Shown here piece by piece: positions 1 through 13,260 of a DNA stretch of 64,000 bases. Source of the DNA: Raillietiella orientalis. Lineage: Eukaryota. The stretch is from contig JAYWIR010000014.1 in assembly GCA_036172245.1 (NCBI GenBank), positions 3,038,001 to 3,102,000 of the forward strand. The letters are read 5' to 3'. The first letter of the stretch is position 1, and each line of letters opens with the position of its first letter. Both the position numbers and the translations under genes were made by a program. The notes beneath the pieces are model-generated. The model saw only the letters and a list, made by a program, of their open reading frames with translations, searched no databases and was not told the DNA's origin.

Positions 1-2415
1 TTATCAGCTGTTATCAAGATTTATAAAACTTTTATTTTTCTTAAGTAGTAGAAAAATAAATTGTTGTATCAGATTATTCTATCACTTCATTTATTTCTGA
101 AACAAGCTGCAAATTATGATTCCAACAGTTTACAAGGTTTATAACTTCTAGAAGCAATTTTTATTAGTTTCATGTTTACAATTTTTATTACTTTTATCTG
201 AGAATAACTGCATTCATAAGGTAATTATAGAATCAGAATCTTCTTTTACAATACACAGACATTATTATAATTGAAAAAATGATGAGATTATTTATATTAT
301 ATTAGTGTTATAATAAATGTATCACCATGGGAAAAATTTAGTCTGCATAAATTTTATAAATTCATAAATAAATTCTCAAGATTTAGTGCTCATTACCATT
401 AGCAAATTTATTATGTATTTTATCTGGAATAAATGCATTATTGAAACATGGCTTATTTGTAATTCTGAAATAGATAACACATCATTAAGGATTCAGTACG
501 AGGTCACTCCAGTTTCAATCATACACTAAAACCATTATACTGATTTTACCATTTTCTTACATTCACAAAAGAAGTCATCCAAAGAATTTATTGCTTGATC
601 TTCTATTATCATAAACAAATAATGTTACTTGATTAATACGCTTCTTTTGATGATAATCATCACAGCTGAAATAATGTGATGTGAAATGATAAAATGGACT
701 GTGGAAGCTTTTTAAAATAAAACATTAAAATATTTAGTCCTCAAAAATATAATCAACTGAAAACACAAATTACATTCAGCAGAGTACATAATGTTACTTA
801 TAATATTGCACTCAATGTTTATGCATTTTTATATTATATAGGTAATCAAAATAAATGTTAATACAACTTTTACATTTCACTTCAATCAAAACATAAATGT
901 TTCAGATGAATTTGAGGTAATAAAAGCTAAAACTTTTTATTACTGATAGCAAATAGTAATCAATGTTATTTACACTATGCTCTGAAAGTATGACCCTTTT
1001 ATGACTCAAACAAATATTTTCACGGAATTTTAAAAATGCAGAATGACAAGTTTTGAATGAAAATAGATGACTGATGGAGTGAGTTATCCAAATTATCCAA
1101 AGACTAACTTAAACTGAAAAAGAGCATATATGCCTTAACTTATGCATAGACATTTCTACTCTGATAAAAGGCAATATGTGCGAATTCAGGGAAGAATACA
1201 CATTTTATTTTAGAGTACAAATCAGAATACAGTTTTTTTTTTAAAAAAAAAATGCTTCATAAAGCTTAGTTTTTTCCACTTGATTGGAATAAAATTTTAT
1301 TTGCATACTTTTTTTGAGAATGACTCTACCACTTGGAAAATCTATAAAAGTACAATAAGTGAAACAAAATTCACAAATAATAGATCCTATTCATTGGGCA
1401 CCTGCTCCATGAATGACAATGCTTCAGAATAACTACAGATGATATAAAAATTGAAGGGGGGGATTACATGATCATGAAGAACTTTCAATATTTTGTTATA
1501 AATTGTTATTATATTGATACTACTTTATTCATCAATAATTTTCCCAAATGAATACTAATTACCAAAACTAAAAACAACTATGCAATACTAACAGAGAAAT
1601 CAACTACTATCATATTTCTTTTTTTTTTTTTTCTTTTTTTTTTTTTTTACCTTTCAGTCCCAGTATCCTGAATTCTCAGCTCTTTGGAAAGAAATTACCA
1701 TTCAATTCAGCAATGACTGAAAAAAATATCAGTTATGTTTCAAAATGCTAAAACTGTGCAATGTTCACATTAAGTTCCATTTCATGCAATAAAACTACCC
1801 CAAAACTTATCAAGCCGAACACCAAAACACAGATGAATTCGATGTCAAATACATACTGTAAAACAAATGGAACTGTAGAGGGCATTTTGTAACGGAGAAT
1901 ACAAGTTTACATAGAATTTAATGAAAGTACATTACATGTGACTGATATTGTAAAATAATTTTAAGCTTCCGTGAACACCTCCTCTTCAGATCGTGTATTG
2001 CGTATTATTGAATCAATCGATAAAATACTAGCACTTCCACAACATATCTAAATTTTCTTGCTGAAAATGCAATTTACTAAACCATTCGGTGTGAGATATG
2101 TTTCTACGATATAAATACAAAAATGTTAATCATACAAATGTTAAGTTATGCACCACTCTCACGCAAACACATTTTGGCAGTTTACATGCATCCTTTAAAG
2201 TGAAATCACCTTTTCACTTTCGTTAAAAAATTAGCCTGCACCGAAGGAAATCTCAAAAAGAGTTCAAAAAATAAACCCTCCAGATGAGAAAACGTTTCAG
2301 AATACTATCGGCATGCTGATGACACAACATCGAAGTATACATGAGGAGCAAATACGTACTTAATCTTTCATCGTTCGAAAGATAATTTCGATTCGTTGTC
2401 GAAAACTGCCTTCGC

Positions 2416-2700
2416 ATGACACCTGCCGTGGGCAGCATACTTTCGGGAAAGTGCAGGCACATCCAACACAAAACGACTCCCCACAACCCCGGTGCCCTAC
2501 ACGAATTCGGGAATGACACGCTAATTACCTGCCATAATTGCAAGCCGATGGGGCGAATCTCCCCGGGCTGCTCACATGGCCGCCGCACTGCACACACGAG
2601 ACGATCGATAGAGCTCGGCTGCAAGGCCGCCCCGGAAAGACTGCACCTCGCTCGCATCAGCGTACACAAATCCCATGTACACATACATACCGATGTCTGC
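2416..2700 (+). mobile_element. Possible retroelement gag/ORF1 remnant with a degenerate zinc knuckle
   Basis: ORF 2416-2820 contains ITCHNCKPMGRISPGC, which has CX2CX4HX4C spacing with H replaced by R. It forms a GC-richer island in AT-rich flanks. No other domain was recognised. Confidence 0.3.
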
Positions 2701-3479
2701 ATTCACATACTCCCTGTGTGCATTCACACACGCGAACGTACAAGCAAAACTTTTGATTTTAAAAACACGATTGCTTTCCTAAGCGATGTCACCTGCAATT
2801 CAAAACAACAGGAGGAATAATCATGTATTTTTAAATACTGCAAAATAAATACTGTAAATCATTAAGGTGTTTTACCGCAATTCGTCGTTTACTGATAGTG
2901 TGCACATTCTCTTTTGTGAAAGTAAGTTACGTTTCTTATCCACAATATTCGGTGGTTTGATAGCAGGATATCGCCTTTTTTAAAGCTTAATAAGTATTTT
3001 TTTTTTTTAGAATTGAGAAACGACTTTTCTTGCAGAACTCCTTGATGATTCCAATTTTCTATATATTTTAAGCCTAGTTCAAATGATGAACCCAGGTTGC
3101 AATTATAGATGACTGGTAGGATTGTTTGCAAGTTTTGTATGTGGCGGTTTTCGGAAGTGTGGTCGATACCCTACCAAAAAGGGGGTTTTGAGCCCCGTTT
3201 CAGCATTTGCTCTCTTTCTTTATTTCATCTAGTGCCTTCAATTATTTCCACAGTCAGTCTTTTAAATGACCGGACTGCTCGCGAAATAATTTGATAAATT
3301 CTCCATCAGCTTGAACATGATTTGACAAGGGATCATTTAGTATCATTTGTCACCATGTTTATTATTTGACAGTTTATTACGTCAAAGGCAGTGATTAGAA
3401 ACGCAATCATTTATCAGCATACCTGAGATCAGATTGAAATCAGATAGTCCGAAAAGCAGGTTGCCCGGCTCGACTACTC

Positions 3480-4440
3480 TTAACCTTTTGCACTCCAAGC
3501 GTTTGTTGACATGACCGACCGGCAACCCCAGCTTTCGAAATAAAAAATTTGAAAAGAAATGGCTTTGCTTTGAGAAGGAAAATATATATATAAATGTTCA
3601 TTCGTCAGGTGCTACCCTGCGATCATTTTTTTTGCAAAGATGTTGGTTTCTTCTTCGATGATCCCCTTGACAAGCTCTTCTGTGTGAAAAATAACTAGAA
3701 ATATTCTGTTGGTTCCACAATGTTAGATGCAATCTGCGGTCCAGTGACCCTGGGCGATAATGTGAAATTAATCCTTTTTGGAATCCTTTTGCTATCCGTC
3801 AGATCGACCCATTCATCTCCTTCTCCGAAAGAGTCTTCACTCTCAATAATTCCGAGTCTTCGTCGCCTTTTCACAATAATTTCGCTATCACTAAAACGAA
3901 TTCCAGAATCATCATCACTTGCACTATCTTCAGATGCAACATCAGTTAAATTGTTATCGGCTGGGTATAAATGAAGTTCTTCACTTTCACTCAATCCGAA
4001 ATTTTGATAATCCCTTTTCTTTTTATCCATATTTACTATAAAATTGCTTTGCAGCTGACTGATGGCAGCTAGAGAGTAACTTTTATAGGAAAGTCGAGGT
4101 CCTATTCGAAAACACACAAACTTTAAGAAACTGTGGTGGCAACTTTACGCTCCGCAATGTTTGCAGAGCGGTGATCTGTAACAGGAGGCTGTGAACGATC
4201 ACGGCGCTTGCTTTCACTCACTGTGCATGCTGACGAATGGGTTGCACATTCTGGTCTGGTGTGTAAAGAATGCAAAACTGTGGTCCCCATTCTAACTCAT
4301 TAACACAATCCATGTGTTAATGAGTTATCTCAGCGGCTCCAGTGGACTGTGGTGGCATTTTGAATGTCTCCTCAGCGGAGCTAGTGCTTCCGTGGTGCCA
4401 TTTGTCTCCTCGGAGGAGCCAGTACAGTGCAAAAGGTTAA
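3480..4440 (-). mobile_element. Non-autonomous (internally deleted) piggyBac DNA transposon, 953 bp between TTAA target-site duplications
   Basis: TTAA at 3480-3483 and 4437-4440; perfect 11-bp TIRs CCTTTTGCACT (3484-3494) and AGTGCAAAAGG (4426-4436); subterminal direct repeats at 4329-4425; internal transposase N-terminus. Confidence 0.92.
3615..4030 (-). pseudogene. piggyBac transposase N-terminal fragment (acidic N-terminus plus start of the DDE_Tnp_1_7-type domain)
   Basis: MDKKKRD...SEDSASDDDS...FTLSPRVTGP...EPTEYF*LFFT, then after a frameshift EELVKGIIEEETNIFAKK. This matches the piggyBac pattern PxxYFxLFFxxELxxxIxxETNxYA. It has a stop codon and a frameshift, and the catalytic region is missing. 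Confidence 0.85.
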
Positions 4441-6599
4441 TATGCAATATTTCGTTATTTCGATCAGCTGTTCCTCTTCATCTCTTATTACTGAAATATT
4501 TCAATCTTTAACGCTTCAATACAACAGTTACAGCCATTGCCTTTTGCTTAATCCATTCATGAATTTTTTAAACACCGTGCATTTATTTTTGTAATATGAA
4601 ATTTCTTTTCTGACGACAGATATTCTGGTATGCTTGCGACTTGCAAATGAGTGGCTCACATCTTTAAAATAATCGGGAATGTGCCCAAATTTTAAGTATT
4701 TTCTGCAGCCTTCATCAGGTGTTCATGCATTTCAATATTTGCTGGAGAATCAATTTTGAATATTCATATGAGTTTACTCATGTGTCCTTGAGAATATAGT
4801 GACTGTCCTTATAATGCTGTTGAATTGATTTTAAATAGCCATTATCATATTGAAGGATTTTTTTCGTGTATTCATACCATTTGTTCGATCGCACAACTTT
4901 TGATTCCTTTTAATTACAGGTTTTTAAAGTCAGTTTGTGAAAAATTTTGTGTCACCCTATAAAATGTGATTGCGTTTCTAATAGATCACTATTCAAATGA
5001 AACAAAGCTGTTTGGAATCACACATTGAGTTTAAATGGTCTGTAACTAAATCTTTCCATAAGATTACATTCAGAAGGTTGTGGAGCTTGTGATATTTTGA
5101 TAAGTGCTATGCTATAAATTAGAAGATATAGGGATAGCAAAGCTGTTCAAGGAGCAGCAAAATGTTCAAACATGCTAAGATGTATGCGTGGTTATGAGAT
5201 GATTTTCGTAAAGGGAAACAGTTTTTATCGGATCTCTGAAACTCGTAATCCTTTTTAAACAAATAATTTAGGAAGTGAGTATACCTTTTGTAAGATTTAA
5301 GACAAAATTACAATGAGTTTACATTTTCATTTTTCTGTTCATTGATCATTCTGCTGGACTGCCAAGCTCATATCTCTTAATGTAATAGATTTCTCTATAG
5401 AACATATGGGAAAGGATGCCAGCGAAGTATTTTTATCTGGCTACCTGTCAGCCAGAAATGAGGCTGAATCCAAATTATCTTCAGCTGTTCATTTCTCAAC
5501 ACAGGCATGAAACCTTCATCGGATACCTTACGAGTAACACAATCAAAAAAACCAAACAAACAAAAGCACTATACGCTGTTCATAAGAAACACAAACCAAT
5601 GTCCATTTAGTGCACCCAAGAGTGCCAGTTCAGATTTCGATAAACGAGCATAAGTTACACGAGAAGAGATCGGAAATCTAGTTGTATAAAATGAGAGACA
5701 TCTGACTCTGATATTATGCAACAAGATCTCTACAAAACAATAATGATAATTCAGAACTCAGCACCTTCTGTGCCAAGTGATGCCTTTGACTCTAAGAATT
5801 TACAGATGCTACCTTCAAGGGCACAAGAATCAGGAATTCATTTGTCCTAACCAAGTAGATAGAAGCAAGGATTCCTGGCGAAATAGAGAAAATTACTTCC
5901 TAAAGATAAGTCGTTCTTTCTCAATTCCCTTTCCTTTTGCTCCCTATCGTTATCTCGCTCCTTTTCATTTTGCTTGCACGCTTACCACTCTCATGTTCAT
6001 GAACCCAAATTCGTTAAAGTTCATAAGAGTCTTCGGGTGCACTCAATTTCGAAGGGTTACTTGGCTTGCTGAGAAAAACATTTCTTCGAGAAAACATGAA
6101 GCGTTTTTTATTTTACCTCCTCTAAAGGGACCTGTACAAAGAAAATCTTCATCTAAGCACACATACTGTATCCTCAGATTTGAGACTTTTGTTTTTGTTT
6201 TGCCTTTACACAAAGTGAAACCAATGGTCGATAATCATGGCAACTGGAGAATAAGATGGTATTGCTTGCTTGCAAATATTAGGTACTTGCGCACCTACTA
6301 CTCTCTGTAATAAATCTTATCTTCTCTCTGTATATTATTCTACTTTTCAAGATTTAAAGAGTGCTTTTTCGGAATGCCATAAGAACATTCGTAATTGCAT
6401 TTCAGACTTTTTCAAGCTAAAAAGTCGAGGTTTCCCATCCCAAACCGAGTCTTCTCCAAACTAGCCTTCTACTCATAACTATTTCCAGCCTTTGAACTGA
6501 GTTCTGCATTCTTGCAGCATCACTCTCATCACCTAAGTTCCAATTCAGTGATTTCTTACACGAGCCCAATTTGAAGCATCTCTCTTGACCACTTTAGAC

Positions 6600-8900
6600 T
6601 TTTGTTTTTCTTTAAAAAAATGTTTTCGCGCCAAACCTTAAACCCAAAATGGCTGCTTTCAATCCATCAGCCCAGAGCTTTTCATTCTTTTGGACAATGA
6701 TGCAGTTTTAACAGTAAAAAAATCCGCTGTCTGAGAACATATAATGGATCCTATATGGCGAAAGACAGTTTTAATGAAAAACTTTGTCTTATTGCAAACT
6801 AAGATCATTCCAGTCGCCAAAGACTTCTCTAAGGAATCCTCGAGAAAGCCAGCTTGAAACAGTCGTATTCGGAACAATGGATCGGAGCATTTAAATAACC
6901 GAATTATTTAGGATATTCAATCTGAATTTCTGTACAGGGGTGCTTTGTTCAAGTAGATCTGTCCAATGAAGCCAGCAGCGAGCTTTCAATGAATCTGGCA
7001 ACCCACAAAAGAATGCACCGCATACTTTTGCATTTGAAGCTCACAACTGACTCCGGGTTCTTGCAACTGCTATCAGAGATTTCCTTGAGTGTTAGCTCGC
7101 CTGTTTTTTCTTGGCTCATCCTGTTAGCATTAGCTTTCTCATGCTTGAGATCTCAACGAAAAGACAGGTAGTTCCACATTTTCGATTTGAATTCAGTACC
7201 CATGAAGGGGACAGAGGGGAAATGAGCAGCACCGAGAGTATGAGCTCCGTTCCCTGAGCTGCAGTGAGTTTCTGGAACAAGCAGGAAAACATGTTTCGAG
7301 GAAAACAGCTGTCTCCACTTCAGAATAATCCAAGCTACAGAAGGTCCAGAAGCTTTCATGAAGTCTGCATAAGAGTCGGTTCGAGTTGCGAATTCTACTG
7401 TTCTCTAATATTCCATTCTGCTTGTTTCTGACATTTCAGAATGGTTTTCATTAGAAAAAAAAGAAATGTGAAGAAACATGGGGTCCAGTTTGAGAATACT
7501 ACGCACAAGAGTTTGAACAGTCATGAGAACATAGTAACACCTTCACAAAGTGATTTTTTCCTGTGCGGCAGCAGCTTTCCTCTTCCAAAAAAAACAAAAG
7601 TTCTGGTTGCTTTCAGAGCCTTCAAATGAAACTTCCAGGGCAATACATCCGAGTAAATAGAGCCTTTCTTGAAGAAACTTCTTTCAGTTCTTTTTAGTGT
7701 CCACGAGGAAAGGTTTATGAATACGAAGCTCCTGATCGAAATGATTGCAACGACTTCAGTGACAACTTTGATGCTTGAACTTTTAATGTCTGTTCACGTA
7801 ATGATTTACGATTCGGGAACTACTTCATTTTTTTTTTTTTTCCTACCATTTTCTTTCCCGTGTTTCTTTATGCAGTCTTCAAGATCTCGCACTCAAAATA
7901 TTTCACCACTGCACTAAATGAGCAGCAAAATGTCTAAAAATATCCGTGGATAATTAATGTATGGTTCTGCAATCAGAAGAGATTTTTTTGTACTGATCAG
8001 GAGACGTAGCACTTGGTGATTTTAGGGGTGGGGATAAAAAGCAGATCATCGGACCAATGGTTCTCAGAACGCAATGGATGCTTAAGTGTGGTTTTTCAAG
8101 GGATGTTTGAAGTGGTAAGACAAACGTGTACTCGAATGAGCTTGCTGTGATGAGGGTTGCGAAGTGCATGGGCGGATTGATGCCGTTTAGGTACAGACTG
8201 CTCGATTTAACCTCGCAGTTCTGCGTCCAGACCTGATATTTTAGAAAATGGAAGCATTTTTCAGCAGCTACCATGATGCCAGAGCTTGATTTTAGAAACC
8301 ATATCTTCAGCCAATCCCGATTAAGCAGAGAAATTGAACGAATTGCCCTTCTCATCATTTTTACAGTAGCATAAATAAGAAAGGGGATTCTTAGATGAGG
8401 AATTTAGAACGATGGATGCAGCTGCGATCTCATCTCCCCAGAATGGCAGCAAAAGCTGTACATCCACAAAGATTGGATATACATTGGATAACAGTTTACA
8501 GCAGAAGAATCAATGAAATCGTAGATGGAAATTCAGGAGCTTCATGCTAAACTTCAGGGAGTATTTGTTGCATCTGTTAAGAGATGAACAATCAATGATT
8601 CTTCAAAATCAAGCCTTATTAGTTCAAGATAGCAATAATCTTCGGTCGTTACACCCACGAAACGCTTCCGGGATGCTATCTGGACGAGGCAAAATTTATC
8701 TGGCTTTTCTCGTGTCCAGCTATCCCGTGCAATCTAAAGCTTCACATCGATCTACAGTGTATCATCAGGCGTTGTTCAAAATATCCATGAAACTTGTGTC
8801 CGATCTCATCTTCCGAATCCACGACGCAAACAGAGCATTCGTTGAAGATATTCTAAAATTTATTGCACTGCAAATCTTTTGAAGCTTTCAGAGATCTATG
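6600..8900 (-). mobile_element. Heavily decayed L1/Tx1-like LINE ORF2 (endonuclease, linker, RT start)
   Basis: Frame-broken motifs in the expected order on the minus strand: SKLIRVHV (SRLDRxY-like), NHWSDD (SDH-like), a W..IF...CIKKHGK linker, then S(S)GADGL (SPGxDG-like) near 6670. Confidence 0.45.
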
Positions 8901-9119
8901 AACTATGAAAAGACATGATTATTTGCATATCTTCTCAGTGTTTATCTTAAAACTCCAAGCATCTCTCTTGTCCTTTGTTCCCAACGATGCTTCTATCGAC
9001 TGCTTCTGATTCCAGCCAGGGAATCGACTCTTCCTTCTTTTCTTGCTCATTACCTTCCTGTGTTTTTATCTGCTCTCCTCTTTTTCTCATACATCTATTC
9101 ATTCTTGATTCCTGATTAG

Positions 9120-10270
9120 CCAAAGAATTTCAACGGTCGGTGCAACACCGGATCACTATTCAGCTTACTCAGTCACAGCATGTCTATATCAAAGGTGGAC
9201 GCTGCACGTGACGTAATCAATGTTTCACAACAAAAACTCTTGAGAATCAAAACACGATTTGTGACAAGCGTGATCAACTCTTACGAAATGTTTTCAAAGC
9301 AATGCGAAAGTAGAAAGCACCTTTTCGGTCTCTGTCAAGAATGGAGGACTTGGGTCTCGTTAAACTAACATGGTGGTCAAGTGGTGACTAATCAAGCAAT
9401 TCTGTGTTGGACCGTCTTCAACCATAGAGCAGCGGTGCTATCCATTTACGAAGGGATGCTCCACAAGAGAGAACGAAAATTGTAGACCAAGTCACTTCTG
9501 ATTTCGAAACAGAGTGAGGATGGAATCAAAGGAAGTCACCCTTGATCTCATGCGAGTTGGATTCTCCCCTTTTCGTTTGACACCTATCATTTGGGAGCAC
9601 AGATGGGTTTTGTTTTCCGGAAAAAGACAGCTGTTCTAATCTTAGATAAAAAGAAAAGGTCGAAGTATTGCTGATCGCTCTCTGCGATATTCCTTTCTCT
9701 ACACGAACATACCCTCTTATCGCAGCAGCTGCTTCAGGTGAGCGCTCTCGCGTCGGGAGAGGAAGAGAACGAGCTCCTTGGTGCAATTTCCAGTGATGAA
9801 GATCACCACAAGAAAGTTCAATATGCTCAGTGCACCAGGAGAAGATGGATCAGAGACGGATTTTCAACTAGACGGAGGATCTGGACCCCTGGTGCAGAAG
9901 CTAACCACGCTAATCCGGAAGACGGCAGAGATCAGCCAGAGCATGCTTCCTTAGGAACAACGAAGGGAGAACGTAGAAGGAGCAACTGGCATTCGATATC
10001 GCTGATGAGCGGACAAGAAACTGCTCTTGGAGCTGTGGACTGTAAGCCTTGGACAGATAGCAGCTTTGTAGTCAGTCCGAAACAGACACATACTGTTCCC
10101 AGACGGAGTCCGGAGACCAGCATGTTCTTTGAGTTGCCCAGGTTTCGGATGAGCCACAGGGTCTCTCTGGAGGTTGCCAAAACCCAAAGAGGATCAGGTC
10201 AAAGAGGCTTGAGTTTTGTCTCTATCTTGAAAGTTAAAAGAAGTTAAAACAGCTTCTTCATGGCATCCAG
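9120..10270 (+). mobile_element. Tx1/L1-like LINE ORF2 fragment (linker plus RT N-terminus)
   Basis: APGEDG, SNWHSISLM (NWRPISLL-like) and VVSPKQTHTVPRRS (IxPxQxxxVPGRS) occur in order, homologous to the minus-strand RT at 12800-13120. Confidence 0.7.
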
Positions 10271-10284
10271 CTCGTGGCAAATGG

Positions 10285-10480
10285 ATTTTCCGGGGTATTT
10301 ATTATAAAGATAATAAAAGTACGTAATAGTCATCGTGTGGTGAACCACTTGGTTCATCACGTCACTCCAACTTGTCGATCACCGGTCCGTAGACCGGGGA
10401 GGTCCGTTTCCGCGGAGAAGGGTAAAGGAAGACCACAAACAAAAAGAAACAAAAAAATGGAGAGTGAGGTGTGTCTTGGA
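10285..10480 (-). mobile_element. Older LINE 3' UTR remnant immediately downstream of the next copy's 3' end
   Basis: Same layout as the 3' UTR at 10513-10680 (A-rich tract, GC block), ending in the degenerate terminal motif CCGGGGTATTTATT (~10290-10303). Confidence 0.4.
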
Positions 10481-10486
10481 GAGTAC

Positions 10487-13124
10487 CACCCGGTCACGCC
10501 GGGGCGTTTATTGAAAACACTGTACATTCGTGGTACGAGGCCCCACTATGGCCAATACATCTCGGGACCTGCCGGGTCGCCGGTACGTTGACCGGCGCGA
10601 CTCTCCTCGGCAGCGGAAGGGGATGGGGAAAAAACAAAAAGGAAACACAAAAAAAAAGAAATACTTTGGAGGACCGGGAAGGGATCACAGTCCGCTGGAG
10701 GGAGGGTCCATCCTTCGCAGGATGCCGTCGAGGTCCCTCTGCATACTTAACAGATGGGGCCATCCGATCGCGATTCGCAGGTAGCGAGCCGCGTGTACGA
10801 TGGCGTCCCTATCGCTGCTTCCTCTGTTGGTTGCGCTTCATGCAGCCACAATCCCTCGGAGGCAGCAGAGCGCTGCCAGGGCTGAGGCTGGTTGCAGGGC
10901 ATCTCGCACGAAGAGGAGGCGCACAAAGTCTCTGGGGGGGGCTGCCGACCGGGATCCGGAGGGTCGTCGCAAAACGTTCCCTCAAGGGCCAGAGGGCAGC
11001 GCAGTCCACTAACATGTGGGGAAGGGGGAAGGAAATTGATCACTGTTCGCCTGGAGACGTCCTCTGTATCCTATCCAGGATGATAACAAATTGCGTTCTC
11101 ACATTGCCCAGGTGGGGCCATCTCGTTGCGGTCCTCAAAAAAATCCATGTTTAGTGGGTGACGTCTCTGCCATTCTGGCCTCTTCATGCCACGTTTCAGG
11201 CCTCCAGGATTCCGCAAATGCAGCAGAGAACTGTTAGGGACGCGACTGGAGGAAGATCGAATGAACGAAGAAGCGCTTAAAAATGTCCCTGGGGTCGCCT
11301 TCGGGAATATCTAGGATCGTCCACAGATAATCCCAGACGGGTCGGAGGGCGGCACAGTCCAGAAGAAGGTGCAGCAAAGCCTCTTTGTCTCCGCACCTTC
11401 TACAGCTGGCGTCCACACTCCCCCGTGTCCAATGATGGAGGAGTGCTTTGCATGGGATTCCCCAATGCAATACTAGCAACGCCATCTTCTGCCACTTCAG
11501 GGGGAAGGTGCCAATGTCCCAACACGCTGGGGGCCACTTCATCTCCGGAGATATCGCGAGCAGCTCGCCCCAGCGTAGCAGTCCTTTCGGCGGGGCACTC
11601 GGGGTCTCATAGTCCGCTACCTTTCGAGTTGTCCACGCGTTTACCAGTTTTTTCCTGCCTTGAATGAGTCAGGTTACTTCCCATCTTGCCGGAAGGTCGC
11701 TGTCCCCAGCATTTTTAAGGGAGAGCAATACTGATCTCAAGGGAGGTGAACGAGACCTACAGCAGTTTCTGTGGGTTCTGAACGATCTCCTGCAGGGGCT
11801 GTCGCGCGTACCCCCCTTTCCGGAGGCAGGCGTACACCGGCTCTCTGCAGCAGTGGATCTTTCCCCTTGCGGAAACTGACTCCTGAAGCCAGGAAGTGCA
11901 GTTCTCGAGGAGCTAGGAGATCCAGGTGTCCTCCTGCATCAGGGCAACCATCTGACGCAGTTGAAGGCCACATTGCCTTGGACTGGTCTCGTGGGATACG
12001 AGAACCGAAGTCCGTCTCAGCCGGCGAGGAGGCGTGCAGGCGCGCACCAATGCATGGCCCATAGCTTCGCTGCAAGGATGAGTCTTCTAATATGGAGCTG
12101 AAGCTCCATTCGCTCCAACGTAAGGAGACACAGTCCACCATCCTTGTGCAGAGCACACAAGTCTTTTAATCGCACTCGGAACCTCCCTGTGTTCCACAAA
12201 ACTTTCCTAACAAGGTCCTCGGTTCGTTTCTTGATCGCTGTTGGGGAGAGACAAACAAAAAGCAGAGGAAGGAGGGGAGGAGCCGTGAATGCGTTCCACA
12301 CCGCGTCCCGTTCCTGCAAATGAAAATTGTCCTTCTGGAACGGGCCGAGCGCCTTCTCAACCTTTTCGAGACGGCCAGATCAGGCTTCTGCAACGGAGAA
12401 GTCCTCCAGCGGAACGCCGAGGTGTTTCAAGTTTCCTCCCGTGGGGATTCCCAAGCGGATCCAGTCCTGCCCATGATGCACCAACTGGAACGATAGACGA
12501 CTTTGCCCCGTTCATCTCCAGGCCCGTACCGCAGCTGAGCAGCTCGAAGAAGTCTTCGAGTGCAAACGCCAGGGTGGACATGAGGAACAATAGCAGAAGA
12601 TCGTCTTCATAGGCCAACACAGCAGGTCTGCCCGTACACGAGCTCGACAGGATTACTAGTCTCCCGGTATACTATCAGTACCAACTCGAAGTAGATGCTG
12701 AAGAGTAAGGGCCTCAGGCTGTCGTCTGCCTGATGCCGCGGAGAACCGACACGCCACACACGTGCCGGCCGCTGAAACAGATGTTTATAGACGCGAAGCG
12801 GCAGTAGGAGTGCAGACAGGCCAGGAACACGGTTGGGAAACCCATGCATCCCAGGAGCTCCAACAAGAGTTCCTGGTCGACTCAGTCAAAAGCTTTGCGC
12901 AAATCGACTGCGACTGCAAGGACTCCCGACGCATCCGTCCCTCCTTGACCTTCCCTCCCTGATCAGAGGAGAATTCAGGATTCCCTTGATCCGTCGGTGC
13001 ACAGCTCTGTTGCAACTGCCACCACGTGCTGGCGAGGAGCAGGTTGGCATCCATGGTCCGTCCGGGAACAGAGTAAGTCTGCTTCGGATTGATCACGGAT
13101 ACCCACCTCGTTCCTGTCAGCAAG
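10487..13124 (-). mobile_element. 5'-truncated Tx1/L1-clade non-LTR retrotransposon (RT, C-terminal Cys/His domain, 3' UTR), pseudogenised
   Basis: VINPKQTYSVPGR; VAVDLRKAFDRVDQEFL; LAYEDDL (YADD mutated); TGLEMNGAKS; LCALHKDGGL; SCRRCGDKEALLHLLLDC; conserved 3' terminus at 10487-10512. Many frameshifts. Confidence 0.9.
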
Positions 13125-13128
13125 AGGT

Positions 13129-13260
13129 CTCCTACCAAAAACAGGAGACTTATGCAACATTGACACGGGCGTCCCATCACAGTGGTGAGTGCGGACGCGA
13201 AGTTGCTTGCCAGACTGTGGGCTGAGCGTTTGAGACGGGTGGCCGAATCCGTGGTAAATG
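13129..13260 (+). mobile_element. Inverted RT segment at the 5' end of the 10487-13124 LINE
   Basis: Plus strand reads LLPKTGDLCNIDT, then after a 1-nt frameshift RPITVVSADAKLLARLWAERLRRVAESVVN, the canonical PKxGD..WRPITLLxxDxKLLA RT block. Confidence 0.85.

Noticed and set aside
1651..1716. 66-bp minus-strand exon candidate with a good acceptor (TTTTTTCAG) and donor (AG|GTAAAA)
   Set aside because: Stops occur in all three frames and the donor abuts a poly(A/T) tract. It could be a UTR exon but cannot be supported without RNA data.
10002..10020. Hammerhead ribozyme core CTGATGA...GAAA
   Set aside because: Stem II cannot form, and the site lies inside LINE RT coding sequence.
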